The notes: generated by a model from the letters alone, not told the origin. A stretch of 64,000 bases of DNA from Hypanus sabinus (GCF_030144855.1 NC_082722.1:26598001-26662000); one strand, 5' to 3'. Shown: positions 37,700 to 52,003, numbered from the stretch's first letter. Program-made: numbers and translations.

Positions 37700-39720
37700 G
37701 CTAAAAAGAATGAGTGGTATCGGCAAAGAGAATGGCAAGGCCAACAGGCTTACAGAATCCCGGTCCACGAGGACATTGAGACACTGTTTCGGAGAAAGGA
37801 GTCCTGCATCATCTATAGGGAACCGGTTCAAGCAAATCCCGACAGAAATAGAAGATGTACTTCAGTAGACCCGACGGAAATTATGAGAGCACAAAGGTAG
37901 CATGATACAACTTCTGAATAGAAAACAAAAGGAAATGAGGAAACAGCGACATAGAATTCGCGATGACCCAGCTGCAAAATATTATTTCCCATCACTCATG
38001 GTTAAACTCATGGTAACTGAGGGATTAAAAGGAATTAACATTTTTTAGCAGATCCACATGAGGAAAATGGAGGCGTCGGGGGAACGGGGTGTTCACGGTT
38101 TAAGAACTCAGACCGTTTGATGAACTTATGGCACCTGAGCAAATGTATCTTTTGACATGTGAGAAGCCAGGGGAGAAATTGTAAGGTCCATTGCAACGAT
38201 ACCTTCATCGTCTTTTACGAACATTGTGTTACCGTAGCATTGGAGAGTGGCAAATGTGCATTTACTTAAGAAGATCTGCAAGTACAAGAGGAATGCTGAA
38301 GGTGGCGAGCCCCGCATTGGTGCGTGGAAACATACTGGAGTGGATCGGAGGGAGAGAATCTATGACAATTTGAAAAGGGTAAGTTTGAAAAAGTGCCAGT
38401 CAGCAAGGATTTGTCATTTGGGATCACACGTTTGATTGAGTTGCTTTGATGAGGTGCTGAAGAAAAATGAGGAGTGCAACAATTGGACTGTAACTTTATT
38501 GACTTTTGCAAGGTCCCATATTGCAGGCTTGCACAGAACACTCGATGACATGGAAGCCAGTGTAAGCCAGCCACCTGCGCACAAGAGCACAAAATTGGTT
38601 TAGTAGAGGGGGTCAAAATGTGATAATGGAAATTTGATATTAAGAATGACCGCCTGCAACTAGTGGTGTACTGAACAGGTAGGCTCCATTTCCAGTATTG
38701 TTTGTCATCTCGAAATACTCAGAGTAACTTCGTTAATATCTTTCGGAATGCAACGAAATTGGTGATATATTATACAATGAAAGTTACCTACGACGATTAA
38801 CTGCGAAAGCAGGACAAGCAAATGCAGATCGAATATTACTCGGACATTTGCGAAGTGTTGATCTTTCGTTAGTTAAACCAGGGCAGGTATTGCACAGTAG
38901 ATCGCCCGGGGCATTGAAGTAAGACAAAGTGACTGAGGGTACATGCAGATTGATCTTTGAACGTGACAATAGAGGTGGGCAGATTGGTGAAGAAGTTGTT
39001 TGTCACATTTACTCATAGTTGTAGCAATGATTACAGCATTTGCGCCGACATGTTCAGGTGTACTGTTCGTTGGTGAAGCATATCAGAGTATTCTGTGCAT
39101 TTCTGATCAGCCTGCTACAAAAAAATGCCCGACGAAGCTTGAAATAGTCCAGAAAAGATTCAAAAATACATTTTCAGGACAGCCTGTTTTTAACTGTAGA
39201 GAAATTCTGGGGTTACTCTTCCCTAGAGCACAGGAGTTTGACTGGTCACCAAATATATTTAATGGCATAAGCAGGGGTATGGTTACAGGCTTTTGCCCAG
39301 AATAGCTGAATCGAAAATCAGAATTCATCGATTCAAGATGAGAGAGAAAACATTTAAGTTGATCTAGGGCAAGTCCAAAGAGGACGGGATGAATCCGTAG
39401 AAGTGGCTACGATTGCAATGTGTTAGAAACATTTGGATTGGTACACAGATAGAAAAGGTTGACTGTAGAAAGTTACAAACGCATGAAAACGAGTCTAGCC
39501 GGGATAGGTTTCTCGGTCTACATAGGCGAATTGTGCCGAAGCCCTAGTGCAGTGCCATTTGAAGCCATGGATCCATCTAGATGGTGCTGGGGTGCGTTCC
39601 TTGGAAGCTGGGGATAACAGGAAGTTGTGAGAATGCTATAGGGTTATTGTGAGATTTAGGTAATTGGTGCTTGATCGTAGGCATGGAAGTAGTCACGCGA
39701 ATGTGTTTGGTGCATGTATC
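37700..39720 (+). mobile_element. Ancient CR1 remnant, paralog of 8.0-9.96 kb
   Basis: Collinear with the unit A copy; decayed ORF2 motifs. Confidence 0.7.
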
Positions 39721-40279
39721 ACTTATTCCCGTAAACTAGCAAATTATTCTCCAGTTGTGTCATCATGTTAATTCAAGTGAAGAAACAAGGACAGGAACCA
39801 GTTGTCCTATTCTTATGAAATTAATTTATGCGAAAAAAATACGCACCGGACTTTTGGGGCTGAGAGCAATATTCTGCTGGTTAATAGAAGGGAATGATGA
39901 TAATCACAATCGAGGGTAAAGAAAGTGCAGATGTCGTAAGAATTTAAAATGCAACTCACAAGTATTGGTCAGATTGTATGTAAATCGTCAAATGCCTGTT
40001 AATTGACATATATTCACTGCTAAAGCTGTGTTTATTCTGCTTGAAAGTACTGATAACCAAGAAAAAAATCTTTTGCCTTTTAAGATTTTAAATCTTTAAC
40101 TTTTGTTTTCGTTTTGGAAGTTTTGAGAAGTTTTGAAATTTACTAGAAAAAAAAATCAGATGGTTAAAACTTTCGGTTTGACGGTCCCGCTTAACTTGAA
40201 GGCTATTAGATTAATTTTTTTCAAGAGATTTTTTGGACTATTCGATAAACCCATGAATTGTGCAATATCTGCCTATTAC

Positions 40280-40420
40280 CATGTGCATGACTTTATAACA
40301 TAAAATGTTTCCGCAGCCACCAGGAGCTTTCTCATAGTTAAAAAGTACGTACAGGCATCTTGCAGAGATTGCAAATTCCACTGTATTTATACTGTAACGT
40401 GAAAGGTTCTTGGCCGCGCA
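40280..40420 (-). promoter_or_regulatory. Candidate promoter and non-coding first exon of the intact VJ-C1 gene
   Basis: Minus strand: cctttcac motif, TATAAATA at 40391-40384, then donor cacatg|GTaata (exon end 40280); block conserved in three paralogs. Inference only. Confidence 0.4.
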
Positions 40421-40819
40421 GGGAGAATCAATGAGCGGGAAACAAAATCACTCCTTAATTTGCAACCATTCATCGGGCGATCGATCAGAAATCATAGATC
40501 TGTTCCGCTCTCCCCTGACGCTGCATGTTTCCTATGCTTTAGGGGGCATCTTTTTTTTCGATTTTGCTGCTGTTGTCCACGAATCACTATGCTATCTGAC
40601 CTGATATTCATCCCCATGGCCTTGTGTTACTTCATTCACGTCTTTGAAAGCATAGTGAGAAGATTGGATCCAAGATCAAAGGGACTTTAGCATGCTGTGA
40701 GCTCAGCGGCTGCTATCGAAGCAATACGTCGTCAGATACGGCAAATTACCCTTTGCTCCCAGTGTTGCCATTTTCCGATAATGTCGAATATTTCCTCAAA
40801 CGACTGAAAAAACAGCATT

Positions 40820-41600
40820 CAATTCAGTAACACAAGCGTTTCTGGAGATACTGGAATCTAGTGCAACACACACAAAATGAACTCAGCAGACCAGGGAGCG
40901 TCTATAGAAATGAATGAACAGTCAACGTTTCGGTCCGAGTCCCTTCATTAGGACTGGAAAGGAGGGTGGAATATACCAGAATAAAAAGACGGTGAGATGG
41001 AGGACAAATTAGAAGGTGATAGGTGAAGTCAGGTTGAGGGGGCTTTGGGGACAGGGGGAAGAGGGCCGTGTGCGGTTGGGCGGTGGGATGAAATAAGAAG
41101 CTGGGAAGTAAGAGGTTGAAAATGCAAAGAGCTGGACAAAGGAATCTAATAGTAGAGGAGAGTAGACTACGGGAGAAAGCGAAGGCAGTTGCACAGAAGT
41201 GGCGGAATAGGCAGCAGAGCAGAGAGGATAACCGGACAGCGGTAGGACGAGAAGAGAGACGTGGGAGGGAAAAATACATTAAGGAAAAGCCAATGTTCAT
41301 GTTGTCAGGTTGGAGGCTAACTAGACTGAATTCGAGGTGTTGCTCGCTCACCCTGAGAGTAGCCTCATGAAGTCATAAAAAGAGAACATGAATCGAAATA
41401 TCGAAATGTGATTGGATAGGAATAAAAATAATTGGCCAATCGCAAATTCCTCATTTTGGGATGGACTGGAGTTGCTCGAAAAAGTGGTCCGCTGGTTAAG
41501 TCGAGTCTCACCAGTGTAGACGAAGCAGCATCGGTTACTCTGGCTACAGTAGACGACGCTACCCGATTTGCAGGCAGAGTTTTAACCTGCAATGAAAGTG
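40820..41600 (-). mobile_element. Penelope-like element 3' fragment, paralog of 10805-11560
   Basis: ORF 40902-41351 starts SEQHLEFSLVSLQPDNMNIGFS. Confidence 0.75.
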
Positions 41601-43069
41601 ATGAAATTATAATTTTCAGGTTGTTTTCGCTTGTCAGGCAATTTTCCCTACGATTTCGATTTTCTTTTTTTGATTCGAAAAATACAAATGTCTTCACCCG
41701 TCTTCAAATTCATTTACACAGCTACATCAGTCTAGAATCTATCTCTGTTGTGGATTTAATTACCTAAATAATAACCTTTATATTCATAGAACGGCTACTT
41801 GTTTGTTTCAGTGGGCGATCTGACGTCGATATCCGACCACATTTCATTATTTTCTGCATTAAATGGAAATAAACGGCAATCATTTTCTAAATAGGCACTT
41901 ATGATGTAACAGTTCACGCTGGAAGGCTGTCAACAATTGATACGATAAAAGAGTAAAATTAAAACTCTGTTTTATTTAACATTGTGATGTGGCATCTGAT
42001 TTTTCTCTTTCCCGAATGCACACGCCGTAGAATCGAAACACGGATATCGCAGAAAAACATTAGAAACATTCAGTTGCGAGGAAGAGGACTTGAAGTTATT
42101 TTACCTTAAAAAAATCCACTGTCTGTAACCGAAACGTCGAGCTTTAAAAATAAACCCAACAGTCTGCAAATCGATTTTTGAGACGCATGCAAATTTTAAC
42201 CACAAAGGCTCTCCATGACATCATCAGCGTGCACGTTAGAGCATTTATATTCTCTGCTATTTGTAATTTCCTGTTAACCTGCACGAGGAGTTTGTTGTAG
42301 ATCTTTACCTGAAAGAAAACATTGAATCCTGGAGAGTATCACGGCCGAAGGCTGTTCCACCGGTTTCATTCATTCAGAACGAAAATATTTACGTAGCAGT
42401 TCTTATACCTGACTGCAACATGGTAACACTTCCTCTAACAACTTTTTCTATATACCTACCGTCCTCTGTCTGAAAACCATGCCGTGCCCAGCTCCCCTTT
42501 AAATCTTTTCTCTCTCGGTTCACAGCTGTGTCTTCTAGATTTGGATCCCCTGTCTAGAGAAATGGGCTATGAACGTCTTGTATATTAACGTCCGTAACAA
42601 CTGTTTTTATTTTTCAAATTCATAAAGATATCCCTCAGTCACCTGTACTCCAGAGTAAACCGTCCATGTCTTTCCAATCTCTCTGTGCCACTAAAGCCTT
42701 CCATCCCAGGCAATGTCCCAGTAAATCTCTTCTGCAATTGTTCTAACTCTAATTGTTCTGTGGACCACAGGAGCACACGACTCTCCAAGACCGGCCTCGC
42801 CATTGTCTAATGGTACAACATGCTGTTTCAGCTCTTGTCAACAATACTGCCATGAGGGCAAGAAAGCTAATTTTCTTCCCATCTGGATCCTAGTGTGTCG
42901 TCGTTAAGTGCACACTAAAATCTCTTCGTACATCAACGCTTCTAAGGTCCCTCCAGTATATCCTGTCACCATTCACGGACGAGAAAATCATAAGCACAGG
43001 AGATTATGAAATCCAGACTAACAAACACAAAATGCCGGAGAATATCGGCAGGTCAAGCGCCATCTCTGA

Positions 43070-43131
43070 CAGGGGCTCCCAAACTCGTTTAATGGTGGGA
43101 GTCCACGGCATGAAAAGGTTGGAAACCCCTG
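43070..43131. mobile_element. Minimal hAT-type MITE (62 bp)
   Basis: caggggctcccaa ... ttggaaacccctg terminal inverted repeats; no matching TSD. Confidence 0.6.
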
Positions 43132-44599
43132 GTATATAGATAGGTATGATGTAAAATATCAACGGTTTGGGTCGAGACCCCTTTTCAGTCTTTGAAGAGG
43201 ATATAATCTTGATTAGCCTAGTTTCTTTTCTTAGCAGAAGGGAAGCAAAGTTCCCTATACTTATTTTTTAGCAGCAGCATGGATATCCGGGCACCGCCCA
43301 CTTTCCTTCAAGAGTAAATACAACTCTTTGGTAGAAAGTGAGAATCAGACCAGTTTCTTGAGATGAAACGGTTTATTTCGTTTCTAAGTTTGGTGAATTA
43401 GGGGCTGACGTACTGCATTAAGCGAAGCTAGTAACAAACATATTAATTCTGTAGACTCTTAGAACGTTGCTAAACAGAAAGAAGCCATTTCGCTTGCATT
43501 ACATATTTTTTGTAAAATATTTACAATGAATATTCTAACTTTCCTGCGGAATCAGCTTTCAACAATTGGTTGGAATACAAATGGCTCCTTAGCCTGTAGT
43601 GACCGTGCAAAAAAAAAAACTGCGGAGCGTGGATCTGAATGCGGGAATTTTTGCGGATATTCGTATATTGCTACGAAACTGTGATTTAAAAAAAATACTT
43701 CACATTCTGAAAACAAACATTTTAAATTGCTAAGACAATGTAAATCCTATGATATTTTAAGACATTTATTTAATCGTAAAAGCTTACAAATCTACATCTC
43801 TGCAAATGAAAACAGGTTTCGCCCGTTCACCCATTTTACCTTTCTGCACAGTCAACATTATATTTATTTTACTTTCACGGTCTGTCTTTGATAATGGTTG
43901 ATAACTTCACTGAACGTAACCTCTAAATTGAAAAAGAAAGAAACCGGGAAAATCTAAATGTTCTCAGCTTCATAAAGAGTTTCACAAAAAAATTTATAGC
44001 CAGATATTGCCTCTAAAGGTCCAAGAGTACATTATCTTTAGGTTATTCACATAATGACCGAAATTACTGCAACACAGGAAAACACTGAGCCCCGAGTAAT
44101 AAAAAAAAAAACACCTGTCAATCTACTAGGTAAGGGGTGGCAGCTTTTCAATTGAACTTTAGTTCCCAGAATTTCTGACAATTATTCACACAGCCAGAAT
44201 CTACAACCCACAGAGACAGCAGGTGAATTTGACTTTTACCGATCGTTAAAATGATAAATTGCAACATTATTATTTCAATGCGTCGGTTGCGGTTCTTAGC
44301 ATTCAGCCGCTCTCTTCAACGGTTTGCATTAATGTTCATATAAAAGGCTGGATGTAAATGCAAGAACGAGCATTACTCTGCAGCACAACAGTTCATAATG
44401 AATAGAAAATCATCAAAAGACAGTTTATTTATAAAGACAAACAATACGGTTACAGCTAGTCGCTGATAATCAATGAGATACATATACACCTGTGGCCACT
44501 TTGTTTCCGACTGAATTGCCTCTGCAGCCGCGGCATGATTTACTTTCACAGATCACAAGTGTTGAAATTAACAAACAAGAGAAAGTATGCCAATGCTGG

Positions 44600-45545
44600 A
44601 AATTCAAGCAGACATACAACATGCTGGAGGAAATCAGAGACCGGGCAGCAGCAAAGGCAGAAAGCACAGTCGATGTTTCGGGCAGGACTGGAGAAAACAA
44701 AAAAGATGTAGAATAGATTACACAGGTGGAGGGAGGGGAGGGAGGAAAACATGTTGATAGATGAAACTCGGAAGAGCGAGGTATGAAGTAAAGAGCAGAG
44801 AAGTATATTGGTGAAATCGATACAAGGCTGGAGAAGGGGGAGTGATAGAAGAGGAGAGATGACCATGAAATAAAGAAAAGAGGGAAGGGGTGAGGTGCAG
44901 CAGAGAGAGGCGATGGGCAGGGAAGGAGGTACTTCCATGCGTCCCTCACCACTGTTCTCACTCCTGGTAGTTATCTTTGCAATTGGAACAAGAGTTACAC
45001 CTACCCTAACGCACTACCATTCAGGGTCCCAACCAGTCCTTCACCCGTGAGTCTGTTGAGCTCATTGGGTGCCGAGGCTCACGGTATGGCCAGGAGACCG
45101 CTCCGCCGAGCACCTCACTCCGTCCGCCAGAAGAAGCGAAATCTCCCAATGGCCACCCATTTTAATTCATCTTCCCATCTCTATTCAGATATGCCAATCC
45201 ATTGTCCTCTACTGTTGTCATGAGGCTACACTCAAGTTCGAGGAACAACACCTCATATTCCGTCTGGGTATCCTCCAACCTGAAGGCAAGAACATCGATT
45301 TCTCAAGCTTCCGGTAATGCCACTTCACTTTTTTCACTATTCCCATCCCCCTTAACCCTCTCTCACTTTATATCCTTGTCGACACATCGCCAGCCTTCTG
45401 GTGCTCTATTCCTCATCTTTAAATCTACACTTCATCCTTTTTTCTCCAGTCCTGCCGATGCATCTCGGCCCGAAATGTTGACTGTACTTATTTCCATATA
45501 TAATGCCTGGCTTGCTGAGTTCCGCCAGTGTTTTGTGTGCGTTTG
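44600..45545 (+). mobile_element. Penelope-like element remnants including the ORF C-terminus
   Basis: HEATLKFEEQHLIFRLGILQPEGKNIDFSSFR* followed by the terminal unit, in inverted arrangement with a partial copy at 44.6-44.9 kb. Confidence 0.8.
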
Positions 45546-45597
45546 TTGAAATTAACAATTTGGTCTCTGGCGCTCTGCATCGTCCATCGTCTGCACC

Positions 45598-46013
45598 ATA
45601 GAAGGATGAGAGGGGATCTAACTGAAACATATAAGATTACTAAGGGATTAGACAGACTGGAGGCAGGAAGCATGTTCTCGCTGATTGGTGAGTCCAGAAC
45701 TAAAGGCCACAGTTTAAGAATAAGGGGTAGGCCATTTAGAACAGAGATGCGTAAAAACTTTTTCACCCAGAGAGTGGTGGATATGTGGAATGCTTTGCCC
45801 CAGAAGGCAGTGGAGGCCAAGTCTCTGGATGCATTCAAAAGAGAGTTAGATAGAGCTCTTCTAGATAGCGGGGTCAAGGGATATGGGGAGAGGGCAGGAA
45901 CGGGGTACTGATTGTGTATGATCAGCCATGATCACAGTGAATGGCGGTGCTGGCTAGAAGGGCTGAATGGACTACTTCGGCACCTACTGTCTATTGTCTA
46001 CTGTCTATTGTCT
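45598..46013 (+). mobile_element. Short 5'-truncated young CR1
   Basis: MRGDLTETYKITKGLDRLEAG...ERAGTGY* intact, with a (CTATTGT/CTACTGT)n 3' tail like that of the 60-64 kb element. Confidence 0.92.
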
Positions 46014-46964
46014 CAATATCAAAAACGCACCGGCATGTATGCAGAAACTAGAATTTGCAACGTGCGCAGATGTAAAGGCTTTATAGAAGACGAGAAGCTG
46101 AAAATAGAAGCAAACTTTCGCAACTAGAACTACGAATAAATACAGGTCCAATGTATTGTTAGTTTGATTTCAACGTAGTTAGGGTTAGGAGAGACAATGG
46201 TGGATATTGAAGTGTCCTTTACACCTTCCTTGAGCCGAGCGTTAAGCGGAAGTGCCTACTGACCAATAAGTATTCACTGTTTTTAGTGTTGAAAATGCGA
46301 ACAAAAATGCCACCTTACACATGAAGAAAAGCAAAGCTTTGTTTCTGCCCATTTACATTTTTTCAAATGTGAACATTATCGCTGCTGTCACGTTGTCTAA
46401 ATAACGCCACATTCTCTTGCGTTAACTTATCTCATAACGAAGACAACAAAACGGCAATTAATGCAAATGTTGAAGTAATTTCCTTTCACTTAACTAAAGA
46501 GCTATATCTTTTAAAATGTATCTACACCTTGACATTATTTAATCATTTGTTAAGAACTACCCTACATTAGCACAAGCTAAAAAACAAAATCGAGACAACC
46601 GAACTGTGAGAAATATGCACTGTCCTGGAATAATCGACATATGCTGCAATGGAGCAGGAAAATTTAAGTTTCACCCCTGGTTCCATTATTATAAATAATT
46701 TTTGCCCACGTGTTCTGAGGAAAAAAAACTAGGTCCAGACCACCTCTAGAATGGAAAGCGAAGGTAAGTTGTTCATATCCATCATTGTTAAAATGAAATG
46801 GCCTTTAGGTACCAGCTCACCAATGAGTAACTCAATATCATGCGTCGGAAATAAGTTCCCCTAATGAAGACTGCCCAACATTTACATAAACACTATCAGT
46901 AGAGAAACTGTATTCGCATTCATAGACACGATAATCGCAGTGACAAATTTATTAACTACATGAA

Positions 46965-47490
46965 GTATCCAATAAAGTGGCCACTGAGTGTATTTCTTTA
47001 TGTGTGTGGTCTTTTGCTCTTACAGCCCATCCACTCCAAGGTTTGACGTTTTCTGCTTTCAGAGATGTTTTTCTGTACACCATCGCAGTAACACGTTTTT
47101 ACTGTCTTCTCCCTGTCAGCTGAACCAGTCTAGCCAGTCTTCTCCGGTCTCTCTCTTTAACAATGAGTTTTCTCTCAAATAACTGTCACTCACTAGATGC
47201 TTTTCACCGTTTTCGCACCAGTTTCTTTAAACTTCAGAGAATGTTGTACATGAAGTACCCAGCCGATCAACATTTTCTGAGATATCAAATCACCTCGTCT
47301 GGCACCAACAATCATTCCATTGCCTAAGTCACTTAGATCGCATTTCTTCCCCATTCTGATGTTTGGTCTGATCAACAACGTCTGCATGCTTTTATGCTTC
47401 GCTTTGCTGAGACTTGTTTGTCTGACTAGAGGTTTGCATTAACGAGCAGGTGTGCAGGCGCACCCAACAAAATGGCCAGTAAATATACAT
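46965..47490 (-). mobile_element. Non-autonomous Tc1-like element
   Basis: MGKKCDLSDLGNGMIVGARRG is a Tc1 transposase N-terminal HTH segment; cactcagtggccactttattgg TIR motif at 46970-46991 and a degraded copy near 47470. Confidence 0.85.
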
Positions 47491-48770
47491 CTAATTATTC
47501 GAACAATGCCGGCAACAGAATAACATACAGTTTTGGCATTGAGGCAAAATTTGGGGCTGTTCAATGTGCCATGCTGCAGTGAACTGTTGGAGGTGGCTCA
47601 AAAGCGAAGGCAGTTTACCTTCTAAAAAGACGGCGATTTAAAAGACATGTCTGGAATTTTAACAGCCTGCAGCCAAATGGGAAAACAACATAGCAGAAGT
47701 AGGGGACTGGGCAACTCGTATATGTTTCACCATTCAATAAAATAGTGACTCATCTGACGGTAACATCAAATCTCCACCCCGCCCATTCACAGAAACTTTC
47801 GACTTCTTGCTTCCTGAACAGATTCCATTGTCTACATTAAAATATGGCTTTCAATGTTTCCTTTCAGGAAAAGAGTTCCAAAGTCTCTCAAAACACTGAG
47901 AGTATTTTATTTTTCCTCCGATGGGCTTATAAGCCTTTCATAGCTACCCCTTTGTAGTGCCATCAAGATGAAGTACATATCAATTGATAGCACTTTTACT
48001 TTTCTAAACATCAGTGGATTAAAATGTGGCCCGGCCACCATGCTTTATCTGACTACTCAGCCACTCTAAGGATAATTATTACATACCATCGCTCAGAATT
48101 GTTTCCAACGTGATCAAAGTATGTGCATGTCTCCGTATACAACTCTTCGATTTATGTTTTGAGACGATACTCAATAAATTTAATGATAACAGGACCGGAA
48201 ACCAGCGTGAAAAAGGTAACAGCTATGTAAATACAAATATAGAGGAAAACAAATCATATAAACATATTATACAACAATATATTCTTATTAACGAATATAT
48301 GTTTCAGCACTTCAAACAATCATAAACAATTCTGAAAAAAGTACACGCCACTAAACTTAAATGAGAGCAAGGAGCAGAAACTGAGGAATTTATCACTATT
48401 GAAGAAAAACAAAGAATTAATTTGCAAAAGTGGTAGTGTTTGCTCTGCACACAAGATGTTGAAAAAAGTATTGTTGCTACTGTGAGTGGCTGCAGTTGGG
48501 TAGCTCGATTTCCCATCACACAGGATGCAAATTATGAACAATGTTATCAACTCGCTTACAGGGTATGTCAAGGTTACAAATTCAGGCGATTAGTACTCAG
48601 ATCAAAAAGAATTAATAGTCGTCTAATGTATCTATTTGTCGCACGCGCTGCAAATTATCAATTCAAACGCGACTTTGCAATATTTCTCAAAATCTATACC
48701 TCTTTCCCCATTCAAAAGAGGGAGTGAAACAGAAGTCGCAATATCCAGCTGAATTTCGATAGGTTTAGAA

Positions 48771-49820
48771 CAGGGGTGGGCAAACTTTTTGACTTGTGGG
48801 CCACAAAGGGTTCTAAAATTTGACAGGGGGCCGGACCAGGAGCAGATGGACGGAGTGTTTTGGTAATACACCTCATAAGAGAAAATAAAATATCATGGGA
48901 TATGTAGAAAACATGTGCTTTAATTTCCATTGAAAATGAACAAATGCATTACAACAAAATATCTGTCTTTGAAGTCCCATGGTACTTAGCTATTTATTGA
49001 AATGACTTTTAAAACACTGAAAATTAAATGAATAAAATACAGCTTTTTTAATAGTAACAGTTATTATTTTAAAGCACTGAAAATTCTGTTATCCTTCAAG
49101 ATATTATCATCATCACTCTCCTCCTGACTGTCTTTATTTCAAAAACGGTAGGAGATGCAGGTCTACTTGTCCTGCTCCTTCTTATTCAATTGTCCCCTGT
49201 GCCAAAACTCAACAACGACCAGCACAAAGACAGAACAGTGACAGCGCGCCAGTATGCAGTGCGCGTTATTTAATTTGGAGAGCATTTTTTATTTTGAGAA
49301 CGTACGTGCACCTGCGCACTGCTCATGTCCATCACTTAACAGAAATGACATGTAAAATGTAAGGCTTATTGAAAAAAAATATTTTCAAATGCATTTTTTA
49401 CATAACACAACGAAGAAAGTTATTTTTAATTTCAGTGGGAACAGTGTTGTTGGTCTCCCTTTTTAGCTAGCGCATCAAAGTCTGGATTTAGTTTTGTTGT
49501 GGCGATTCTCAGGATGGATCTGAGGTGTTGGTCAGTTCACTTGGATCTGTGGCTGGCTTTGTTGATGTTCCTGACGCTGAACGCCTGTTCACACAAATAG
49601 GTCGAGCCGAACAAAGATTAAAGCGCAGATGTGGAGTAATATGCTGCACCTCAACAAAGGTCAATGTATATACAGTGCGTCATCTATTGGAAAAACGCCA
49701 GAATTGCGGGGAAAAAACGGTAACAAGGTTTATTATTATAATTTCATCAAGTTCTGCGTGCCGGATTAAAAAGCTTAACGGGCCGCATGTGGCCCGCGGG
49801 CCGTAGTTTGCCCATGCCTG
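48771..49820 (-). mobile_element. Non-autonomous hAT (Buster/Charlie-type) transposon, copy 1
   Basis: TIRs caggggtgggcaaact / agtttgcccatgcctg; 8-bp TSD gtttagaa/ggttagaa (1 mismatch, central TA); transposase C-terminal remnant on the minus strand. Confidence 0.93.
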
Positions 49821-49989
49821 GGTTAGAATGTGAAGGGTAGAGAGTTGAGTGCAAATGGAATTCGAAAGCGAATAAACTCCAGCTGTCATTTTACAGACCA
49901 TTTTTACAGCTGTGCCGTATCCTACTGCAAGCGATCCCCACTGTCCAGATCTGCAGATTTCTTGAACCAGTTTAATTCATTATCGTACG

Positions 49990-50560
49990 AATCATTAATA
50001 GAGATGACAAACTAACAATGTAACCACCATCGATCCCCGCAGTACACCTCTAGTTACAGGCCTCCAGACAGAGAAAAGCCATCTACTACCATTCCCTGGC
50101 TTTCCTGCAAAACCACTGTTAAATACATTTTACTACCTCATCCTGAATGTCAACCGAACCTTCTTGATCAGACTCGTATTGCGGACTTTGCCAAGGGTTT
50201 GTCATGTACACAACATCCACTGCATTTCCTTCACCATAATCTCGGGTAAATTTTTCGATAACCTCTTAAAGATTAGCTGGACACTACTTACCATGCAGAA
50301 CCTCTTTCCTACTACTATCTAAATAGTTATGTATCGTGTCACTCCTAATATTTCCAATATGTTACCTTTTACAAACGTCAGGCTCACCATCCCTAAAGAT
50401 CCCGGCGTATTTTTGGAGCCTTTCTTGAATAACTGCAAAACATTAGTCATATCTAACACTTCGGCACTTCACCCGTGGGTCAGGGCATTTTGAATACTTC
50501 TATCAAGACACCTTAAAATTCTGCACAATCCTCCATAAAAGATCGGATGGGAGTCTATCT
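49990..50560 (-). mobile_element. Old CR1 RT fragment; its distal part is shared with 33.45-33.68 kb and marks the inverted-duplication edge
   Basis: ttttggagcctttcttgaataactgcaaaacattagtc...ggcacttcacccgtgg is antisense CR1 ORF2 and matches 33530-33680 reverse-complemented. Confidence 0.65.
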
Positions 50561-51714
50561 TGGACCCTGAGGACTTATATAAACTAATTTGCCTTATAGC
50601 AACAAGTACATAAACATCTGCAATTCGTATATGGTCCATGAAAGTGTTATGTGGGCAACCGTGAGCTCAGCATGGCCATTACAGGCAGAGAGCGAAATGC
50701 TAAATGTTGTGACACATTGATGAAGCAATTTGAGAATAGACTTTCCTAAGTTATATACGCACCATAGTTGCAGCGGAAGCAGTCCACGTTTACAAAATCC
50801 TGAAATTTGGGCTTACATTTGAGTGAAATCTCGGCAGGACGAAGCGGAGTTCGTTCAAATCCTGGGTTGCCTCTCCGCAGGGCATCATCGTTCGTATACC
50901 AGTGTCAGGTCACTATTGACCATTTTGCCGCAGACCGACGGGTTGATGAAAGAATAGAAAAGTAAAATAAATGCGCTTAAGATCAGCTTCGCTTTTGCGT
51001 TCCTAGATGTTTCATGTCGGATACGATTTGCCATATTCAACACATTAAATACGGGAGAAATTTTCCAGCAATGATTTACATTCCGAGGGAAGCTCTATCG
51101 GTGAATGTTGACAAATGGAAATCTCCAACGCAAGTTCTGAAAAACTGCCTGAACAAATGAGTTGCCAGGATACTAAAAAAATGTGCAAGATCTAATTGCG
51201 TTCCGACTGTTGAAATATGTCAGTTTTGATTAGAAATAAAAAAAAGACAGAAAGGAACACTAAAGCCAACAGGCTTCTGCAAACTCAACCGTGTGATAAA
51301 GCTGAAAGACCATTCAAAACTGAACGTATTCCTCACTTTGCATGCCTTCGATTCACCTTCTCGTTGACTTCTTCGAATTCCTCCTTTCATCTGTCTCTGC
51401 ACGATGACTCGAGCTTATTTTGTTTATTTTGCACTGTATTTGCCGGACGGTGACTGCACGTGATGTATGGGAATACATGGACTGTATCTTGCAGTTGATT
51501 CCAGAAGAAGGATGTTTCATTTAGTCATGTTCATCTGTGTGGTTTAATAAATATGAACTTGAACATGAACTTAAAATAACCTATAAGATACTTGTAATCT
51601 ATGGCAGGTAACTAATTTGATAGTGAGATACCATTGTAATTGGCGGGAAGATAAAGGAATTTACTTGAAATAAATGGATGGTAAACAGCCAATATAACTA
51701 TCTTTTTATTCAAG

Positions 51715-52003
51715 CTCCCCCAGCTCCATTGGAAATCGTTCCTATTGGAGGGTTTTCCTCTCCTCGGAAGTTCCTCTGTAAAACAGTTGCCTTCTACCCG
51801 AAGGAATTGCTAATCATCTGGCAAAAAAAAACAGGCAAATTCACAATGTAATAGACAATAAACCGGGCAATGGAGGGTTTATATGAGGCTTACAGTTTAT
51901 TCAAAATTAATCAGTCTGCTTGAAGGAAAAGGTGTTTACATCTGTCTGGTGTCGCTGGTCTCCCTCACGGTGCCTACCTGTTTCAGCTACATCCTGGAGC
52001 AAA
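51715..52003 (+). pseudogene. Disabled C1 exon of the inverted paralog
   Basis: PPAPLEIVPIGGFSSPRKFLCKTVAFYPKELLIIW, then a -1 frameshift in an A-run, a further ~5-nt deletion, TGG>TGA at the conserved SAW tryptophan, and a +1 insertion. Confidence 0.9.

Larger units (their letters stand above)
33700..43060. repeat. Segmental duplication unit B, direct paralog of 5.45-13.05 kb, containing the intact L and VJ exons
   Basis: See unit A; unit B carries extra insertions (CR1 at 34.4-35.7 kb, mariner MITE at 37.1 kb). Confidence 0.9.

Noticed and set aside
39000-39328. ORF with signal-peptide-like start (MSHLLIVVAMITAFA)
   Set aside because: The region is a decayed plus-strand CR1 ORF2 remnant; the frame is not conserved in the 9.3 kb and 23.6 kb paralogs.
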